A stretch of DNA of 64,000 bases from Candidatus Nanopelagicales bacterium (GTDB lineage Bacteria > Actinomycetota > Actinomycetes > S36-B12 > CAIYMF01), in the NCBI GenBank assembly GCA_046330715.1, contig JAXLSG010000007.1:96629-160628 (forward strand). The letters are read 5' to 3'. This document shows positions 59,028 to 64,000 of the stretch, one piece after another. The notes under the pieces are model-generated. The model made no database searches, was not told where the DNA came from, and saw only the letters and a program-made list of their open reading frames with translations. Position numbers and translations under genes: made by a program. Within the stretch, counting starts at the first letter, position 1; each line of letters begins with the position of its first letter.

Positions 59028-59891
59028 ATGTCGTTGCAGCCCGGTGTCGTGAGCCCGATGCGCGCAGTGCCCTCGCACATCGCGCGCCCCGAGTACGTCG
59101 GCAAGCCGCGCGCGGCGCGGCACACCGCGGGCGACGTGCAGACCCCCGAGACGATCGAGCGCATGCGTGTCGCCGGCCGGCTCGCGGCCCAGGCGCTGCA
59201 GGAGGTCGGTCGCGCCATCGAGCCGGGCGTGACGACCGACGAGCTCGACCGCATCGGTCACGAGTTCCTCTGCGACCACGGCGCCTACCCCTCGACGCTC
59301 GGCTACCCCGGTGGCGGCCGCGGTCCGGCGTTCACCAAGTCGCTGTGCACGTCGCTCAACGAGGTCATCTGCCACGGCATTCCCGACTCGACGGTGCTGC
59401 GCGAGGGCGACATCTGCAACATCGACATCACGGCGTACCTCGACGGCGTCCACGGCGACACCAACGCGACCTTCCTCGTCGGCGAGGTCGACGAGGAGTC
59501 GCGGCTGCTCGTCGAGCGCACGCACGAGGCGATGATGCGCGGCATCAACGCGGTGGCGCCCGGTCGCCAGCTCAACGTCGTCGGCCGCGTCATCGAGTCC
59601 TACGCGCGACGGTTCGGGTACGGCGTCGTGCGCGACTTCACCGGGCACGGCATCAGCACGTCGTTCCACTCCGGCCTCGTCGTCCCGCACTACGACGACC
59701 CCTCGTCGACGACGATCCTCGAGCCCGGCATGACGTTCACGATCGAGCCGATGCTCACCCTCGGCACGTACTCCTGGGACATGTGGGACGACGGGTGGAC
59801 CGTCGTCACGGCCGACCGCAAGCGGTCCGCGCAGTTCGAGCACACCCTCGTGGTCACCGAGACGGGCGCCGACATCCTCACGCTGCCCTGA
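59028..59891 (+). CDS. map: Methionine aminopeptidase type I
   Basis: [40 protein letters not shown]. Confidence 0.96.
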   Translation: MSLQPGVVSPMRAVPSHIARPEYVGKPRAARHTAGDVQTPETIERMRVAGRLAAQALQEVGRAIEPGVTTDELDRIGHEFLCDHGAYPSTLGYPGGGRGPAFTKSLCTSLNEVICHGIPDSTVLREGDICNIDITAYLDGVHGDTNATFLVGEVDEESRLLVERTHEAMMRGINAVAPGRQLNVVGRVIESYARRFGYGVVRDFTGHGISTSFHSGLVVPHYDDPSSTTILEPGMTFTIEPMLTLGTYSWDMWDDGWTVVTADRKRSAQFEHTLVVTETGADILTLP

Positions 59892-59923
59892 CGTCGACGA
59901 CCGCGGGTCGCTAGCCTCGTCGC

Positions 59924-60685
59924 ATGACGACTCACCGGTGGCCCACGGACGTCCGCACGCTCGCGATCGACGTCGGCGGCAGCGGGCTCAAGGGCGCGAT
60001 CCTCGACACCGAGGGCCAGATGCTCACCGAGCGGGTCCGCGTCGACACGCCCTACCCGTGCCCGCCCGAGAAGCTCGTCTCCTCGCTCGTCGACCTCACG
60101 AAGGGTCTCGGCGACTGGCACCGGGTGTCGGTCGGCTTCCCCGGCCTCGTGCGCAACGGCCGGGTCCGCAACATCCCGTCGCTGTCCCGCGAGACCTACG
60201 ACGGCGACAGCGACCCCAAGCTCGAGAAGCTCTGGCGCGGCTTCGACCTCGCCGACGCGCTGTCGCAGGCCTTCGCCGTACCCGTGAAGGTCGCCAACGA
60301 CGCCGACGTGCAGGGCTGCGGCGTCGTCACCGGCGTCGGCTACGAGTTCGTGATGACGCTGGGCACGGGTGTCGGCACCGCGCTCTTCCTCGACGGCCGG
60401 CTCATCCCGCACATCGACGCCGGCCACGCGCCGTTCCGCAAGGGCCAGACCTTCGAGGAGCAGCTGGGCAACGTCGTGCGCAAGGAGGTCGGCAACGAGC
60501 GGTGGCGCCGCCGCGTGGCCAAGGCCCTGCTCGCCTACGACCGGTTCCTCTTCTACGACACCGTGTACGTCGGCGGAGGCAACGCCAAGCACCTGCAGCT
60601 CGACGACCTGAGCCGCAAGGCCGTGATCGTCCCCAACACCGCCGGCATCACCGGCGGCGTGCGCCTGTGGGACATGGACAACTGA
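59924..60685 (+). CDS. ROK-family kinase (polyphosphate glucokinase-like)
   Basis: AIDVGGSGLK, VGFPG, NDAD, TLGTGVG, YVGGG, NTAGITGG. Confidence 0.88.
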   Translation: MTTHRWPTDVRTLAIDVGGSGLKGAILDTEGQMLTERVRVDTPYPCPPEKLVSSLVDLTKGLGDWHRVSVGFPGLVRNGRVRNIPSLSRETYDGDSDPKLEKLWRGFDLADALSQAFAVPVKVANDADVQGCGVVTGVGYEFVMTLGTGVGTALFLDGRLIPHIDAGHAPFRKGQTFEEQLGNVVRKEVGNERWRRRVAKALLAYDRFLFYDTVYVGGGNAKHLQLDDLSRKAVIVPNTAGITGGVRLWDMDN

Positions 60686-60770
60686 GCAGCGCGCACGGCT
60701 GACCGGACGGTCGCGCGCGGAGACGTCGTACGGGTTTCAACCTCACGTGCGCGGGGTCTACCCTCGCGCC

Positions 60771-61244
60771 ATGACGCACTGGCTCACCGCGGAGCAGCAG
60801 AAGCACTGGCGGTCCTACCTCGCCGCCACGACGCTGCTGTCGGACCGGCTCTCGCGCGAGCTCCAGGTCGAGCACGGCCTCTCCCTCGCCGACTACGAGA
60901 TCCTCGTGCGCCTCTCCGAGGCCGAGGGACGTCGGCTGCGGATGAGCCAGCTCGCGGAGTCGACCCTTGCCAGCCGCAGCAGGCTGTCGCACCAGATCGA
61001 CCGGATGGAGAAGGCCGGCCTCGTGGTGCGCGAGCCCTGCGAGGACGACCGCCGCGGCGCCAACGCCGTGCTCACCGAGGAGGGCTGGACGCGCCTGGTC
61101 GCGGCAGCCCCGAGCCACGTCGAGGGTGTGCGCGAGCACCTCGTCGACCTGCTCACCGACGAGCAGTTCACCGCGCTCGGCACCGCGTGCGCGATCGTGG
61201 CGCGGCACCTGCAGACGCCCGAGTGCTCCGCCGAGTCGGCCTGA
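60771..61244 (+). CDS. MarR-family regulator
   Basis: WLTAEQQ..W, YEILVRLSE, RMSQLA..SRSRLSHQIDRME..DRRG. Confidence 0.93.
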   Translation: MTHWLTAEQQKHWRSYLAATTLLSDRLSRELQVEHGLSLADYEILVRLSEAEGRRLRMSQLAESTLASRSRLSHQIDRMEKAGLVVREPCEDDRRGANAVLTEEGWTRLVAAAPSHVEGVREHLVDLLTDEQFTALGTACAIVARHLQTPECSAESA

Positions 61245-61250
61245 CCTACG

Positions 61251-61287
61251 ACGAGGGCCCGCCACCGAGCCGGTGGCGGGCCCTCGT
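61251..61287. terminator. Bidirectional terminator
   Basis: ACGAGGGCCCGCCACCG-AGC-CGGTGGCGGGCCCTCGT. Confidence 0.85.
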
Positions 61288-61305
61288 GCGTCTGGGGCAG
61301 GCGGC

Positions 61306-62220
61306 TCAGGCGTGCGTGCCGCGCCGACGGGTGCCGACGATGACGATGGTGCCGAGGCCGACCAGGCCGGCGCCCGCGAGCAGCAGGCCGGCGGGCGAGC
61401 TCCCGCCGGTCTTGGGCAGGTTCGACGGCGTGACCGTCACGGTGGCGGGCTCGGTCGTCTTCGAGGAGGTGCTGGTGGCGGGGCGCGTCGTGGTCGACGT
61501 GGCCGTGCCGCCGCTCGGGGTGCCGCTGCTGGTGCTCGGGGAGCCGGAGCTGGTGCTGGGCGAGCCCGAGCTCGTGCTCGGCGAGCCGCTGCTCGTGCTC
61601 GGCGACCCGCTCGTGGTGGTCGGCGTACCGCCGGTGTTGGTGGGCGTGCCGCTCGAGGTGCTCGGCGAGCCGCTCGAGTCGCTCGGCGAGCCGCTCGAGT
61701 CGCTGGGCGACGCGTCGGTGTTCGTCGGGGTGCCGCCGGTCGCCGTCTGCGTGCCGCCCGTCGAGGTCTGCGTGCCGCCGGTCGAGGTCTGGGTGCCGCC
61801 CGTCGAGGTCTGCGTGCCGCCGGTCGAGGTCTGGGTGCCACCCGTCGAGGTCTGCGTGCCCGTCGACGTCTGGGTCCCGCCGGTGGAGGTCTGCGAACCG
61901 CCCGTCGACGTCTGGGTCCCCCCGGTCTCGGTGGACGTGCCCGTGGCCGGCGAGGAGTCGGCCGGCGAGGAGTCGACGGGCGAGGAGTCGACCGGCGAGG
62001 AGTCCAGCGGCGAGCCGGTGACGAGCGAGAGCGAGACGCCGTTGCTCGCGTCGGCCACAGCCAGCAGCGGCGCGGCGGCGAGACCGGCGCCGAACACGGT
62101 CATGACGCCGGCGACGGTGATCGCGGTACGACGCGTCGCGTACGCGGGCTCGCGGCGCGCGTGCGCACCGCCCCGGCGACGGGTGTGACGAGGAGCCGAG
62201 TCGTTCCTATCGAGCTGCAT
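61306..62220 (-). CDS. LPXTG (LPKTG) cell-wall-anchored Ser/Thr/Gly-rich repeat protein
   Basis: Signal peptide, SSPVD/TGGTQTS/SSGSPST repeats, then LPKTG, a TM helix and a basic tail. Confidence 0.87.
   Translation of the reverse strand: MQLDRNDSAPRHTRRRGGAHARREPAYATRRTAITVAGVMTVFGAGLAAAPLLAVADASNGVSLSLVTGSPLDSSPVDSSPVDSSPADSSPATGTSTETGGTQTSTGGSQTSTGGTQTSTGTQTSTGGTQTSTGGTQTSTGGTQTSTGGTQTSTGGTQTATGGTPTNTDASPSDSSGSPSDSSGSPSTSSGTPTNTGGTPTTTSGSPSTSSGSPSTSSGSPSTSSGSPSTSSGTPSGGTATSTTTRPATSTSSKTTEPATVTVTPSNLPKTGGSSPAGLLLAGAGLVGLGTIVIVGTRRRGTHA
61520..62012 (-). repeat. Coding tandem repeats (15- and 21-bp units)
   Basis: Repeated GTCGAGGTCTG(c/g)GTGCCGCC and CTCGGCGAGCCG units on the + strand; boundaries approximate. 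Confidence 0.8.
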
Positions 62221-62446
62221 GCTGGTCCTGACGCAGGTGGGCCACGGGGTGCCGGGGAAGGCCGTCCCGGCGTTCGTGGCGCCAGGACCGCTGCACCGCC
62301 GATGCTAGCGGTGACGATGATCACCCGGACAGGCCAGTTCCGAGTTAGACAGGTGACCGAGAGCGACGCTGCACCGTTCGGCCCAGGATGCTGCGCTCCG
62401 CACCGGGACCGCCACGCAGCGCAAGGGAATCGGTCGGGGCGAAGGG

Positions 62447-62838
62447 GCAGACGAGCCGGTCTGTAAGCCGGATTCTGTCCCCGGTCGTGAGACCGGGGGG
62501 CGACCATCCATCTGGGGCCGCTGTCACCAGCGACCTCGGTGCGGTCCACCCGCAGGCTCGGACGGGCCGTCCTCGAACGCCTGCGCAGGAGGCCGGAGCC
62601 TCCCTCTCGACCTTGCTCCGGGTGGGGTTTGCCGAGCCGCGACGGTCACCCGCCGCGCTGGTGGTCTCTTACACCACCGTTTCACCCTTACCACCGTCTC
62701 CGGTGGCGGTCTGTTCTCTGTGGCACTGTCCCGCGGGTCACCCCGGGTGGCTGTTAGCCACCACCCTGCCCTTCGGAGTCCGGACTTTCCTCAGCGCTCC
62801 CGAGGGAGCCACCGCGGCCGCCCGACCGACTCGTCTGC
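62447..62838 (-). ncRNA. rnpB: RNase P RNA (type A)
   Basis: Minus strand has GAGGAAAGTCCGGACTCC near the 5' end and ACAGAATCCGGCTTACAG near the 3' end. Terminal P1 GCAGACGAG/CTCGTCTGC; TACCCT -10 lies 7 nt upstream. Confidence 0.97.
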
Positions 62839-62861
62839 GTGACGAAGGGTAGCGCCGCGCG

Positions 62862-64000
62862 TCAGGCCGGGGCGAACTGCACGCGGCGCTTGGACGGATC
62901 CGCCTCGACGAGGCGCACGGTGACGCGCTTGCCGAGGCCGAGACCGCCGGGCACGGCGTGGGCGCGCACGGCGGGCCAGTGCAGCTGCACGGCGTCGTAG
63001 TCGCGGCGCTCGTCGACCACGACGCCGACGTACTCCTCCCCCACGTGCTGCTCGAGGATCACGGCCTCCATGAGGTCGACGCACGCGCGGTCGAGGGCGC
63101 GGGCGCGCTGGTCGGCGGAGCGCATCTCGTCGGGCAGGCGCGGCAGCGTCTCGAGCACCCAGTCGGGCACAGGGTCGCCGGCGGCGATCGACAGGCAGCA
63201 CTCGGTGCCGTAGCGGTCGACGAGCCGGCGCAGCGGCGCGGTCACGTGCGCGTACGCCGCGGCCACGGCCGCGTGCCGCAGCACGTCGGGCTCGTCGTCG
63301 CCGACCGGTGCGAGCACCTGCGTGTAGCCGGCGGAGCGCAGCAGCACGGTGACGAGGTTGAGGAACGCGGCGTGCGCCGGCGTGCGCGGGTCGAGGTCGC
63401 GCACGAGCTCGGCGTAGGACATGTCGCGCGGCCAGTCGATCTCGAGGCCGGCGGCGGTACGCCGCAGCCGCTCGTAGTCCTCGGCCGCGGGCGGCGGCAT
63501 GGTGCGGACGATGCCCACTCCGGCGTCGAGCATCATCCGTGCCGCGCACATCCCGGTGAGCAGCGAGATGTGGGCGTTCCACGACTCGACGGGCAGCGGT
63601 GCGCGCAGCGCGAGGCGGTAGCCGGGACCGTCGTCGAGGATCTCCTGGTCGGGCACGCGCACGTCGATGCCGCCGCGCGCGATCTCGAGCTCGGTGCGTC
63701 GCAGCCCGACCTCGCGCAGGAGCACGAGCGCCTCGTCGGCGGTGCCGTCGTCGAGGGCGTGCTGCACCTCGGCGTACGACAGCTGGGCGCGGCTGCGGAC
63801 CAGCGCGCGCTCGACGTCGACCTCGACCGGGAGGCCGGTCGAGTCGAGGTCGATGCGCCACACGACCGCGGGACGGTCGACGCCGGGCAGCAGGCTCGCG
63901 GCGTCCTCCGACAGGACCGGAGGGTGCAGCGGGGTGCGCAGGTCGGGGCTGTAGAGCGTGACGCCGCGACGGTGCGTCTCCTCGTCGAGCGCGCTTCCCG
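62862..64000 (-). CDS. RNB-domain exoribonuclease (RNase II/R family), 5' end outside window
   Basis: RGVTLYSPD..LHP, SLLPG, NAHISLLTG, YAHVTAPLRRLVDRY. Confidence 0.92.
   Translation of the reverse strand, partial: GSALDEETHRRGVTLYSPDLRTPLHPPVLSEDAASLLPGVDRPAVVWRIDLDSTGLPVEVDVERALVRSRAQLSYAEVQHALDDGTADEALVLLREVGLRRTELEIARGGIDVRVPDQEILDDGPGYRLALRAPLPVESWNAHISLLTGMCAARMMLDAGVGIVRTMPPPAAEDYERLRRTAAGLEIDWPRDMSYAELVRDLDPRTPAHAAFLNLVTVLLRSAGYTQVLAPVGDDEPDVLRHAAVAAAYAHVTAPLRRLVDRYGTECCLSIAAGDPVPDWVLETLPRLPDEMRSADQRARALDRACVDLMEAVILEQHVGEEYVGVVVDERRDYDAVQLHWPAVRAHAVPGGLGLGKRVTVRLVEADPSKRRVQFAPA

Noticed and set aside
62221-62446. c-di-AMP (ydaO) or other known riboswitch before the surface protein
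   Set aside because: Consensus motifs not recognised; reported only as an unexplained hairpin.

Overview
This window is very high-GC actinobacterial chromosome. It carries the conserved gcvT-pepA-lpdA-sucB(dlaT)-lipB-lipA-DUF4191-RDD-glnA block, followed by glnE-GATase-glnA2-nadE-panB-npdG-map-ROK-rnpB-RNB. About 24 kb of accessory DNA sits between glnA and glnE. It holds (1) a lower-GC patch at ~19.5-22.1 kb with one intact unknown protein and a truncated ApeA/HEPN-like ORF, which appears to have clipped a CsoR/CstR-like repressor and a neighbouring gene; (2) a trx-rhodanese-rhodanese operon behind a perfect CsoR-type operator; (3) two diguanylate cyclases, an AlkZ-like glycosylase, hydrolases and an L,D-transpeptidase; (4) a sulfatase-anSME-SulP module. 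Other points of note are a MerR regulator with a TipA-like internal start, a pseudokinase split by one in-frame TAG, a pure PAKK-repeat histone-like protein, an LPKTG surface protein with a hairpin leader, a repeat-rich intergenic region before lipB, a 40-bp loop-less palindrome, an iterated GGCGTACGCC palindrome and many leaderless promoters. No CRISPR, tRNA, rRNA, integrase or transposase was seen. All product calls come from motif recognition by eye, not from database searches.
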